This document shows, one piece after another, positions 1 through 12,000 of a stretch of DNA of 64,000 nt. Positions within the stretch are counted from its first letter, which is position 1. Every line of letters begins with the position of its first letter. The stretch is from Owenia fusiformis (taxonomy: Eukaryota): positions 44,950,001 to 45,014,000 of the forward strand of contig CAIIXF020000001.1 in NCBI GenBank assembly GCA_903813345.2. Direction: 5' to 3'. A program made the position numbers and the translations under genes. The notes under the pieces were generated by a model. The model made no database searches and was not told the DNA's origin. It saw nothing but the letters and a program-made list of their open reading frames with translations.

Positions 1-594
1 TGAAGCGAAATATGGCGTAAGTAAGCTGTAATTCACAGTTGAAATCTTGTACGAAAATCGATGACGTCATCGGGCCTATATAACTATCTCGCTGTTGAAG
101 GCTCGTCAGTGCGATGCCAGATGTTGTCGAGGAAGGACCTCTAAAGCGGAATTTCGGGAAACAGCTAAAATCTTCTAAGTTTTATAGAACTTAGTCGATT
201 TTGTGGAGTTGAAGCTATACGTTTGCAGTATACACATGAAGATAGAAGCTGTACCTTAGAAGAATACATCTGATGAGCCAAGCTATACGTTTGCAGTATA
301 CAAGGGCAGATTGAGGAAACTAAGTGTGAGGAACTTAGTTTATTTTGGAGATTGGAATTTTTTGGAAACTTTGATGTAGCTAAGTGAGAGGAACTTAGTT
401 TATTTATCGCACTGGAAGTAAGGGAGATCTACAAGACTGGACAAAACTTCGACAGGGTGAAGCTATCCCCAGCGTAAAGCATTAGACGTATTGTCCAGCC
501 TTCATAGACTGAGAGGAAATGCTGACATAACTTGTGTTTGAGAAACAAGCTATTTTGATCATCAAGGAACTTAGACGATTTACAACATTATTGG

Positions 595-815
595 ACTTAG
601 TCAGTATTTGGTGAAACATTATTTTGGACTTTGTTATTTTTGGAGATAGAAATATTTAACTTAGAATATTTTAACATCAGTATAACTTAGTATGAAATTA
701 ACTTAGTCAATATTTGGTGAAATATTATTTTGGACTTTGTTGTTTTTGGAAAGAGAAATATTGAACTTAGAATATTTTAATATCAGTATCACTTAACATT
801 AAATGAACTTAGTCA
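595..815. repeat. Two tandem copies of a ~106-bp unit
   Basis: acttagtcagtatttggtgaaacattattttggactttg... at ~595 recurs as acttagtcaatatttggtgaaatattattttggactttg... at ~701. Confidence 0.8.
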
Positions 816-949
816 TTTTAGAGGTCAAATATTTTCACATGTTATATTTTTGCATATGTCGTTGTGTGCATGCTATATTTGTAGGTAGCCTTATTATTTA
901 ATTGTGAAGGAAGTAGGCTAGATGGACTTAGCAGTTGATGCCGTGTTTT

Positions 950-1885
950 AGATGTCCTTGGACTTGGTAGTTTGAAGATTGTGATATTTTGACTTATACA
1001 TCTACAGAGAGACGTTCCAGGACTTAGCAGTTTATTCAACGAGATATTTTGACTTTGATGATTTTTGGTCATTGAAGTTAGAATATACATCTCACAGAGA
1101 GGACGTTCCAGGACTTAGCAGATTATCAAGCGAGATATTTTGACTTTGATGATTTTGTGTCATTGAAGTTAGAATATACATCTACAGAGAGGAGGATCCA
1201 GGAGATAGTCGATTGCAGAGCAATAGTTTGACTTAGATTATTTCACATAATCAAAGTTGAATTATAATACAACACAGTGAAGAGGATCCAGGAGATAGCC
1301 GTTTACAGAGCAATAGTTTGACTTAGATTATTTCACATAATCAAAGTTGAATTATACTACAACTCAGAGAGAAGGATCCAGGAGATAACCATTTACAGAG
1401 TTGATAGTTTGACTTATATTATTTCACATAATCAAAGTTGAATTATACTACAACACATTGAGGAGGATCCAGGACTTAGGAGTTTACACAACTGATAGTT
1501 TGACTTAGATTATTTCACATAATCAAAGTTGAACTATACTACAACACAGAGAGGAGGATCCAGGAGATAGCCATTTACAGAGCCAATAGTTTGACTTGGA
1601 TTATTTCACATAATCAAAGTTGAACTATACTACAACACAGAGAGGAGGATCCAGGAGATAGCCATTTACCGAGCCGATAGTTGACTTGATGATTTCACAT
1701 TATCAAAGCTGAATTATACTACAATACAGTGAAGAGGATCCAGGAGATAGCCGTTTACTGAGCAATAGTTGACAGGATCCAGGAGATAGACATTTGCAGA
1801 GCCGCTGGTTGACTTAGATGATTTCATATCATCAAACTTGAATCATACTACACTACATTGAAGAGGATCCAGGAGATTACTATTT
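950..1885. repeat. ~90-bp tandem repeat array, about 11 copies, inside the putative LTR
   Basis: GGATCCAGGA recurs at about 1194, 1284, 1374, 1465, 1556, 1647, 1736, 1775 (short unit) and 1865. More diverged copies (gacgttccaggacttag) lie at ~1011 and ~1102. Confidence 0.9.
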
Positions 1886-2313
1886 CAGGTTCAAGTTACA
1901 AGTACAATACAAGACTTACAAGGGTTACAACATATATGGACTTTTAATATTGGAGATACAACAGTGTATATAGTGATCATTAACTTTAGTTATATGGACT
2001 CTGGATATTGTGTTCTTAGTGATTATTATTAGCTTATATGGACTTTTGAGTTGTGAGTTTTGAGAAAGATAATAACATCGTAGCATTTTAACCTTCATAC
2101 TTGACATTTAATGTACATCTTTATTTGGGCTTATAAACGCCACAATATACTGTTTTATATTTTATATTTAATTGTATATGTCTGTTTAATTCTTTAGGGA
2201 CAATCGCACATTTAACGTGTGCCGTGTAACTCACCAAGTAAACACCGTTTACTAAACAGTGGGCCTATTATTAGTCACGCTACCACGTATATCCACAAAA
2301 ATAGGCCAAACTG

Positions 2314-5300
2314 TTACAATACATTATCTTGGATTGCTTTGATGGAGTTGTTAGCAATTTTTAGTTCATTCAACATCATCAAGTTTTTAAACGGTTCACC
2401 GTTTAGTTGTACTATGCGATTATTGTTTAAGTTCAATGTTTTTAACTGAACAAAACCATTGAAAACGTCATTCCCAATGAGTGCTGTAATTTGACAGCTA
2501 GACAAGTCCATAATCTGCAATATAGGACAACTAGTATTATGAAATGTTGCCGAATCCAATTGATTGATGTTATTATGAGATACATCTAGTACGTTAGTTG
2601 TATTCGGAATTTCAAAGGGTATGTAATCTAGTCCTTTGTTGGAACATTTTATATGTATCCAAACGTACGGCTCTTTTACTGTATCGGCAAAGCACTCACA
2701 ATTTTCCGGGCACTTCATTTTTATTTGACAAAGATATAGACGAGCTGGCACATCTTTCATCCTCTTTGCCGTCCCATCACTCAGAACTGGAACTGTGCAT
2801 AGAGAATAATTAAGTGCGTTTCTTGCCCATCTCATGAAACAGTCACATATAAACGGATTTTCTGTACCAACATGATAGATAATATTTCCTGGATGATCCA
2901 TAAACGTTTGTTCTTTTATTGTGTGTATTCTGTTAGCCGAAATATCAAGAATTCGCAACTGTGTCGATAGAAAAAATTGGTTTTCTGTAATATAGGTGAT
3001 ACTATTATGACTTATATTTACGCTAGCAAGCTGAGATGGAGTAGGCGTCAATACCCGCGGAAATGATCCAATTGAAGTTATATTGTTTACTGTATAGGTC
3101 TAACTGTTTAAGTGATGGAATAAGATGCATATGGTCAAATATATTCCATGCGTCATTTAGTTGGTTATTTGCGACATTTAAACCCCTTAAATTTATGTTT
3201 GATTTCAGCGAAACATTGAACTCTTTCAGCTGATTGTAACTTAAAATGAGGAATTGTAGGGTTCTACAACCATCAATTAAATTCAGAGAAAGATTGACAA
3301 GATTATTATGGGAAAGGTCTATGTCACGTAAATTATAGAATCCTGTGAACAAATCTGCTGGTAGTGCACTTATGTTGTTCCCTTTTAGATCTATCCGTCC
3401 TAATGTATGACGCAAATGTCCAAATGTACCATATGGTATAGTGTTTATGTGGTTCGACTGAAGTGTAATGATATGAAGAGATTTAGAGTGCTTGAATGTG
3501 TCTTTTCCAATTGTTCGAATCATGTTATTGTTTAGATATATCTCTTCCAACGAACTTAAGCCATCAAACATTGTTCCATCTAAACTAAGGATATGATTGT
3601 GTCCTAATGACAAAGCTTTTAAAAGTGGTAGCTTTTTGAATATTCCAGGAGGAACCTTGTTGATATTGTTGTTGTCCAGGAAAAGATATTCCATTTTTTC
3701 AAGACCTTCAAATGCCAGTGCACCAAGTTCTACGATTCTATTGTTCCTTACGAATAAAAGGATCAGCTTACCTAGATGATGAAATGTTAAGTTCCCCAGA
3801 TATGTTAAGTTATTCCGAGTTATTCCTAAAAGCTGTAGATTTGGCATGAAAAAATCACCGGGATGAATAATCGAAATATTATTATTATTGAGCAAAAGAG
3901 TACCCGTGTCATTAGAATAAAACATATTAGCTGGAAATGATTGAATAACATTGTCCTGCAAAAACAGGAGTTTGAGTCGAGTGTTGCTTATACTTCCGTG
4001 TATGTGTTCGATTTGATTCATCTGGAGGTCTAAAAATGTCAAGTTTACACAATTCGCGAGCAAATCGAATGCAAAATGAGTAATGTTGTTCGAACTCAGT
4101 GTAAGATTATATAATTTAGGCGTACTTGAAAATATGTCGACTGGTAATTCTTTTATCCAATTCTGTCCAATGTCTAAATGTTCGATATTTGTTAACCCTT
4201 CGAAGGCATTCACTTCCAAAATATGTATGGAGCAATTATAAAGACTAAGGTTGGTCAGCATGTTCATTTCAGAAAAGGACTTATTTGGGATACTAACCAA
4301 TTTGTTATTTGAGAGATCCAGATTTTGAAGATTACTTAGACATGTCGTTTTGGATTGGTTATGTAAAACATTATTGGAGAGGTTAAGCTAACGATGTTTT
4401 TCACAACGTAACCGTGAACGCAAAGTACAAAAAATAACAAAGGAATGTATCGAGCGCTCATAGTTATATGCGCGCTTAGTCTACTTCAGATACTCTTTCA
4501 GCTTCATAGTTTCGGGTTTAGAACGGGAGATTTTGAAATTTGACGTTGGGTCAACGGGAGCCATTTTACTCGTGTCTATTGAACACTATGCTGTCAATTT
4601 TGATTTCGATGCACAGTTGAATTCTTGCTGAACACGATGATGTATGTCATGCATGATTTAGCGCCAAAAATCTTACGAAACGAGCTCGTTTAAAATATGT
4701 ATTAGAAAACCAGCTATAAAACCGCATCAATGACATACTATAGAATCATTACACGCTATGGTGTAGTCTAAACAAACACTGGATTTGAACGGCTATTTAT
4801 ATGAGAAGGCTACATGAATTTGTATATGGTCGAGTGATACGTACAGGTTCAGTTTCGATTACATATGCAAAGCTTAACCTCTCAATTGTTAGGATGGAAC
4901 GCAGCAGTTGGGAATCCTGTCAGGTTTAAGTTATCCAGTTTCAATGAGTTCAATTTGGGCATATTGCAGAATAGTCCATCAGGAAGGAACTTTATCGGGT
5001 TTCTTGTTAAGACTAACTCTTCCAATGCAATCAAATCATCAAACGCATGCTGCTCAACTTCAGTAATATTATTGTTCGCTAGATCCAACCACTTTAAGTG
5101 TATGAGACCCTCTAAGAATGGTGTAGTGATGTTCTTCAAGAAGCATTCAATTCTTGAGTAACGAATATCCTTATACTGTCCTAAAGTAACAGCATTAGGA
5201 ATCGAAGGTTTCAATCCATTGTATTCTCTACATTTAACATGTAAAACGGTCGTGTTTCTTTGAACCAACGGATCGTCCCAATCAAATTTAATGTCAAGCT

Positions 5301-5610
5301 TATAGATCGTGCCCACGATGGTGTTGCTCTTCACATCCAATACAGTTGAATAATGACCAACTGTTAACCATTTCGAACTGTCTATATCAATGACAACCTG
5401 ACCCTGATTGTTTTCCAAAGGCCATTTGTACTTATATTCTGGAATGTCTTGAGATGTTGCTCTGTACATAATCCAATTCTCAGTCGGCGGTCCATCTATG
5501 ACAATTTGACGTGTCTTCGAAATAGTGCTCATACATTTAATTAAAAACACAAACGCAAAGCAAATTAAATTTTGAACGTTAATCATGGTGCCTTCGAACC
5601 AAACGTGCAT
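2314..5610 (-). pseudogene. Toll-like receptor / LRR ectodomain (multiple-cysteine-cluster type), disrupted
   Basis: The three ORFs 5610-4882, 4375-3023 and 3051-2314 join into one frame: signal peptide, many LxxLxLxxNxI repeats, LRRCT (NPFICDC), internal LRRNT (CPENCECF...IKCSNKGL), then more LRRs. Lesions are a 509-bp TIR element at 4376-4884, a 1-nt insertion at ~3086-3088 and truncation at 2318. No TM or TIR domain is present in the window. Confidence 0.85.
4376..4884. mobile_element. MITE inserted in the TLR coding sequence
   Basis: TIR GAGAGGTTAAGCT (4377-4389) / AGCTTAACCTCTC (4871-4883); 3-bp direct repeat ATT at 4373-4375 and 4885-4887. Removing the element and one ATT restores the frame (FHPNNNVLHNQSKTTCLSNLQNLDLSNN). 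Confidence 0.9.
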
Positions 5611-5967
5611 CTAGATCTTGTCTTTAGTAACTGCATATTGTCGTTTCACCGACAATATAACGATACCTTCTGTACTGTAACATGAAAAACAGGTTTTTGC
5701 CAAAATAATATATTAACTTAACTATTTCTAAAAGTATCACTGACATTGAATTAAGATTGCAAAAACTTTTCAAGCGTATATAGATAATGGTACATACATT
5801 TCTCGAGTTTTTATAGGTCTGATTTAAGTAATATTACTCTATTTCGGTTAAACAGGGAGAAAATGGGGATGACACACTTGTCATATCAATCTTTGGGTGG
5901 AGTTTAAGAACTTTATCAATCCAGAGGCGCCCGCCCACAAATAGATTTTTAAATGCTAAACCAGGGC

Positions 5968-6683
5968 AGTGGCGTATCTGGAAGCTAACTAGGAGGGACC
6001 CACATTTCAAGGCCGAAGCAAATGCCGGGAGCAAATGTCCGGAGAGGAAAGATTTTTGGGCCCCTTAACCAAAATTGGGTCAAAATTTTGAAAACTGAAG
6101 GCTCATTTTTGTTAATTTGGCCTCTAAAATTAAAAGATAAGACCTTAGACGGCCAAGTTATGGCCCAAAAGGCCCAGGGCCATTAATAGGCTTCACAAAA
6201 TTTTGGGCCTAAACAAATTTCCCGTGCTAAACCAACTTCCTTCATTATGTAAATGTAGAGCAGTGGCATATCTAAAACTAAAAACGAGCACAAAATGTTG
6301 AAAATTTAAGGCCCTCTTTGTTAATTTGGCCTAAAATTAAAAGATAAGGCCCAAAATTTTTTCGGGACCATCCTAGGGGAGCAGGGGTTAGCCCTCATGC
6401 CCCCTGGATCCACCAGTGAATGGCAATGTTTAACAAAACACAGAGGGCTATCCTAAAAATCCAGAAAAGAAGGGGCTCAAAAAGAAAATGGGGCCCGAAT
6501 TTTGAAAAAGAATGCCCTAATTTAAAAAAAACAATCCATCCCCAGTAATGCCACTTTTTTCTAAATTGCCTAATTAATGTAAGAAAGAGCAGGTTTACCG
6601 ACAAGGAGGCAAGGCAGATTCACAATTTTTAGGAGATATCTGTAAGACCCCCCGACCCCCCCCCCCCCCCGGCTACGGGCCTG
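5968..6683. mobile_element. Cluster of degenerate short DNA-transposon (hAT-like MITE) fragments
   Basis: CAGTGGCGTATCT / GGATCCACCAGTG / GGCTACGGGCCTG termini and gggccc-rich interiors. Related pieces occur at ~8790-8893, 19272-19498, ~26720-26886 and ~44390-44572. Confidence 0.55.
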
Positions 6684-7305
6684 GCATACACGGACATAGA
6701 AAGGTAATAAAATACGGTAATAAAATACAAGTAAGTACAGTTCAGTTTTTTGTTAAAAGCGTATCTCTAATTTGTTAAGAATAGAATTCTATTTTATGAT
6801 AAAGAGTGGCCTAGTCTGATTTTCTGTTGATTTTTAAAACCGTTAATGTTGATAATCGAGTTTTCCTCATTAGAAGAGTACGTGAATGTTATATTTTTGC
6901 GTAAAGTAGGCAATAGTTTAGTACAGATTTATTGTCATTTTCTGGATTACTTGCGACGCCTAGTTCACTACTGTTGGGCAATCTATGTAAAAATGAAAAG
7001 TATAGTCAATTAGGCCAAGGTTACATTTGTCGGATAATTTTGATGCCGAGATTTTTTTTATCAAACAGAAATAGATTGCATAGCGTAAGGTTTAATAAGA
7101 GTTTATATTGAAAGCTTTCTATTTTTGGCTCACGGGCAACTTCAAAGGGCAATCTAAAGGTTGATATCCATTCATATTCGGAGAGATTGTATTTTTCGTT
7201 GAAACATCGTTTCCCTGTTGGTTCTATAAAAAAAATGTATGATACAAGTATATTTGTTTTGTGTACGTATCTTATATTTATCATAGATTTTTTACTTGAA
7301 TGTCA

Positions 7306-7437
7306 TAGATTCGAACCTATAGTGAACCCGAGAAGCTAAGAATTGTGTTAGGTTCGAATCTAAAGTGAACCTACTTTTTTGTAGGCTCGTTTAGGTAACC
7401 TTCAAACTACGGGATTCACTTTTAGGTTCGAACCTAC
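7306..7437. repeat. Short inverted-repeat element
   Basis: tagattcgaacctatagtgaacccg... pairs with ...cgggattcacttttaggttcgaaccta. Confidence 0.6.
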
Positions 7438-9065
7438 ATCACCTACTGAAAGGCTGGGATATACCGTTGTCATCCCGATCAGCACATTTGACCCACATTT
7501 ACCGTTGTCATTTATACAGCATCCGTTGTCCTGTGTCATATTTTGATCGGTAAAATTAAAGCCTTCATGTCTTCTACGATAGAACATTTAACTATGCAAT
7601 AAATAGAAAGAACACTTTGATTGACTTTGGGAATTGTTTATCCCGGGATATTACTAGGAAATATGCACAGAACGAAAAAGAACGGTGGTGTAAGATGCAA
7701 GGGCGGCTGAGGTCAAGATGTACCGACTGAATATACTGTACAGTCCCATATGAATGTGCTGAGGATTGAGAGCACATAACAAATAATGTATAATACTGAA
7801 TACAGTAGAACGTAGAATGAATGCCGGTGGGTCTCAACACAAAACAAACCTAAATAGTAGTGGATGGAATTGTGACATTTCGGCACCTGGCCTGGGGCAT
7901 CAGTGCAAGCTGTTGTTATAGAGAAGAACAGCTACATTCTTTCTAGCATGGGTCATGTAAGTGTCAGTTTTATCAAATGTTTTCTGATTTTTTTGTTGAT
8001 ATTCCATTATATTTTGCATGCCAGCAGCACACTCGACGGTATGGATCAGAGCTAATTTTTAAAAAGTTGAATGGTAATACCTGTGGCAGTGGGCCAATGA
8101 GTACGGTGGGGCAATGATTATAATTAGGCCTACATGTAAATAAACAATTTGGTATAGACCCATCATTCCTCATGATAAAAAACCATAACAATGAATGAAG
8201 TGTTTATGGCTATAGGCTATTACTAGACTTTGGTATTCAGTTGGTAATATGAGGCAATGAGTGCAATCAACTTATAATAGACCATTGTGCAATAATACAA
8301 ATGTAATATATGGAAATGTATATTCATATTGTACATGAATGACATTTGAATATTTCAGATTATTTAGTTTTTTGAGCAATAAGCCTGTGCCCCCCTGTAA
8401 TTTAAAGAATTTCACCCTGAGCCATGTTAATCTTTTTGAAAATACTATGGCAGAGAAGCATCAAAAGAGGTCACGCACTTTATTAGCCAAACTAGAAGCA
8501 ATCCAAGATAAACAAATGTCATTTATATATATGTACAATAGGAATACATTTTCCAAAGGGTATTGCATTTTATTCCTTTTTTAGGTTTTACTGACGCAAT
8601 AACTGTGAAATGGGCTTTAGTGCGTCTTGCTTATCGTCACTGTTATACATATCCGTAATAGCTTTGAGTAGTTGTGAAATTATCAAAGATTCAAAGTGAA
8701 AATATGCCATTACTCCATTTGTAAATTTTACGAATATATGCCGATTAAGTGAAAGGCTTAAAAAAGTCCTAGAGTCCAAATTATGCCCTAATGGGTCCAT
8801 TTTTGAGGCCCTACAAAATTTTTAGACTCAACATTTTTGGGGTCCTAAAAAAATTTTCTGGGCCACCCATATGCCCCCCCGGATCAGCCAGTGCACTCGA
8901 CTTTGTCGACGATGTCATGACACTAGTCGTTAAGTACATTTATATAAGTTCATATTTTATCTGTTTATTTAATTAATGATAAGAAAGTGTGCAAAATATT
9001 GACTGCAGTTAGTTGAAAAGGATCGGACTAGAGAGTGGACTTCTTTCTTTACAAATTTAATGACA

Positions 9066-12000
9066 ATGGTGTTTGATATATCAAAAGCACTTACATTTGT
9101 GCTTCTAGCCTTAACAACACACTGTGGGGCATGTTTTAAAACTGAATTTAGTACGGTGAGTAATGTAATGGAATAAAGTTAATGAATCTATGTGCAATGT
9201 ATTTACGTACTGTATATATGGTAGATTATTCGTGTTCTTTAAAATGTCAGATATTCCATATATGTGTATATACTCCGTGTACATGTATGTGACTTTTCAT
9301 GTTGTGACTTTTCATGTATTATCGTTACAGGAGAAAACGTATGTATTTGCCGCGTCTGGTAACAGGAGGCCCCTGAACTATGTGTAAGTAGTAGAATGAA
9401 TTCGAATATTTATTATCCTCCAATTGAAATATCTTTAATAGACTCTCTGTAATATAGCTAAGATTACCCGATGCATCAAGCCTACCTTAAGTTTTAAAAA
9501 TAATTTAAATATATTCAAATGGTAAATGTAAATCCAGAGTAACATCTGCCAGAGTAACATGGATGCATCCAGTGTACTTCGACCTACATGTATATAGTTT
9601 ATATATATCACTTTTATAGTTTTTTTAATAGTTTATTTATTGATTTATAGTGGTCAGTCTTACAATTCAAAAAATATAAAAAAATTAATAAGAATTTTAC
9701 CCAGCCCACTTTCAGGAAATACGAAATTAATACACATTAATACATTAATAAATTTAACAATCTGATTATAGTAGTAACTGGTCTATTTCAGTGATGAAAA
9801 TGGTAATCTAAAGGGGTTTGATTTGGATATTGCTAATAGAGGTACATGTATATTTTGTTTAAAATATGCAGAGCAACTTTTCCAAACATACGAAAGAGCA
9901 TGCATGCAGATATTTTACTTATTCTTCCTCATAGAAATAATGCGAAGACCACATTAAACTTTTTTGCTGAAGTCAACGACCAAACATGCACAGTTGCTTA
10001 CGTTTCACTAACTTAATTATGATGATAAGATTTCTTCCAAAATGTTTTTTATTTGAGAGTTTTTATATCAGTGTTCCTCCATTCCCATTTAGTATGTAGT
10101 GTTGCCGGGAAGAAGTGCACATTTGCAAAACTGCCACTTGGATGCGTCACCAATTCTGCAGGGGGGAAATTCGTACCAGGAAAAGGTAATTGTTAAGGAT
10201 TTTTCACCAGTTATTAATTAGTTCTGGAGAAATCGTCATATTCAGTGTGTTCCGTCTAGAAATTCCCAAATCATTTATCAATTGGTTAAGCGAGTAGTCG
10301 AGTACTCTGACATCAGTTGTCTATTCTTTAAGCGTTAGTCACTGGAGAGGCAGATGGTTGCCTCAGCACAACAATCACAGCAGAAAGGGAGCTGGTGTTT
10401 GACTTCACTCGAGCTTATTACAAGACCACCGCTAGATTCCATGTAGCACCTGGTAATCCGAGACACTTTTCTCCTGAGGAGATTCAAGGCAAAAAGATCA
10501 GTGAGTACATGAGGTTTAATAGGTCTCACATTGATATGTTTCTTTCATCTTGTTTACTTTCAATCGAATCATTGGCTTGGGCCTAGGATGAAGAAATTTC
10601 TTTAGGGCCATATGATAATTTTCTTCATAATAATGGCCAGCAGGGCTATTCAAAAAGGGATAACAAAACCAAATGATAAAAGTAAATCTATTTACGATAT
10701 CCAACCAATGCAGTTATATAATTATGGTCAATTCACTGTATGTGTTATTAACTTATTATTCATATCAAAATGACCTACCAATGATGATTTTCAGCATTTT
10801 TAAATGGCACATATACGAACATGGATTGTCTAAAGAGGTTGGGTCTCAATGGTGCAGTTCCCGTGGTAGCCAATGGATTGAGGGATGCCTTGGCGAATGT
10901 CCTGGAGAATAGGGTGAGATAGAGAGAATACCCTGTGATATGTAACCGGTATATTCTTGCAATTGGTGACCACAGAGTTGACGAAACTAGCTTCAGAGTG
11001 CTGAAAAAATATAGCATTGGAAAAATAAAATGTTTTGTTCAATCTTTTACAGGTCGACGCTCTATTTGCTCCGAGACCTGTTATACCTGGCGTTGAGAGG
11101 GTTCCAGGGGAATATAACTGTGCCAAAGGTTCAGGGGTGATGGTCCTTAAGGGTAATACTTTACCAGAGTGGTGGAACCGAGCCTTTCAGAGAGTGGTTG
11201 AAAGTGGAGACTACAGGAGGATATGCGATGCTTCTCCCGCGAGACACGGAGGTAAGTACGAGGGGTGATCAATAAGTAATGGACACTTTTTTACACAGAT
11301 ACTTTTTATTGACCAATCCCTTTGATTTTCCTACCAGTGATACATCATTCAATTTTCTATCAATTCTGAAGATTTGAAGACAAAATATATAATACATGTT
11401 GATATATCCTTATTTCCGTGAAGGAGGTACAGGTACCCCGGGACCGACATTTACGTCACTTATTCAGTTTTTAGCCAGTTTGGTAAATTTGAGTTAGATT
11501 TGAACTTTTTATATGCAACAAGTGTTGTATTGTTTGAAATATTTTTCTAACTGGTAACACATAAACAGAAAGTATTGTAATGTCAGATAGTTTGTAAGGA
11601 AGGGGTTTGCATGTCAATTTGAGAAAGCATTGTAGAAGAAAGGGGTGGTGAGAGAAGGAAACACCCTACTCCATATGGACAATGCACCTGCCCACAGATC
11701 TCAAAATGTTCAGAAAACAATATCCCTGAACTTCAAAATTGAGCCCTTGGCCGATGCACTATATTGTCCACATCTGCTCACGTGTGACTTGTTTATTTCT
11801 ATACTACTTATTTCTATAGAGAAAGGACGCAGGTTTATTAACATTGATTAAATAAGACCATCCGTGCAACTGCATCTTGCTACCATGTCAGAGAATGGAT
11901 TCAGCCTTGTCTCACAATCTTGAGTTAAGAGGATGAGGAATTGTGTACATGTAGCACTTGATGGAACCTATCTAGAGGGCTCTGTGGAATAAATGTGGCA

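Larger units (their letters stand above)
1..2318 (+). mobile_element. Probable end of a long LTR (solo LTR or LTR retrotransposon) inserted into the Toll-like gene
   Basis: Non-coding, internally repetitive block ending in TGTTACA (2312-2318), the typical ...CA LTR terminus. It sits exactly where the LRR reading frame on the minus strand breaks mid-repeat (IQDNVL-stop). The other end and the TSD are outside the window. Confidence 0.55.

Noticed and set aside
950..1885. CRISPR-like array
   Set aside because: Whole units are repeated with no unique spacers, there are no cas genes, and the context is eukaryotic.
4376..4884. MITE spliced out as an intron, rescuing the TLR
   Set aside because: The in-frame TGA (4884-4882) precedes the nearest GT donor in the TIR, and two further lesions remain downstream.
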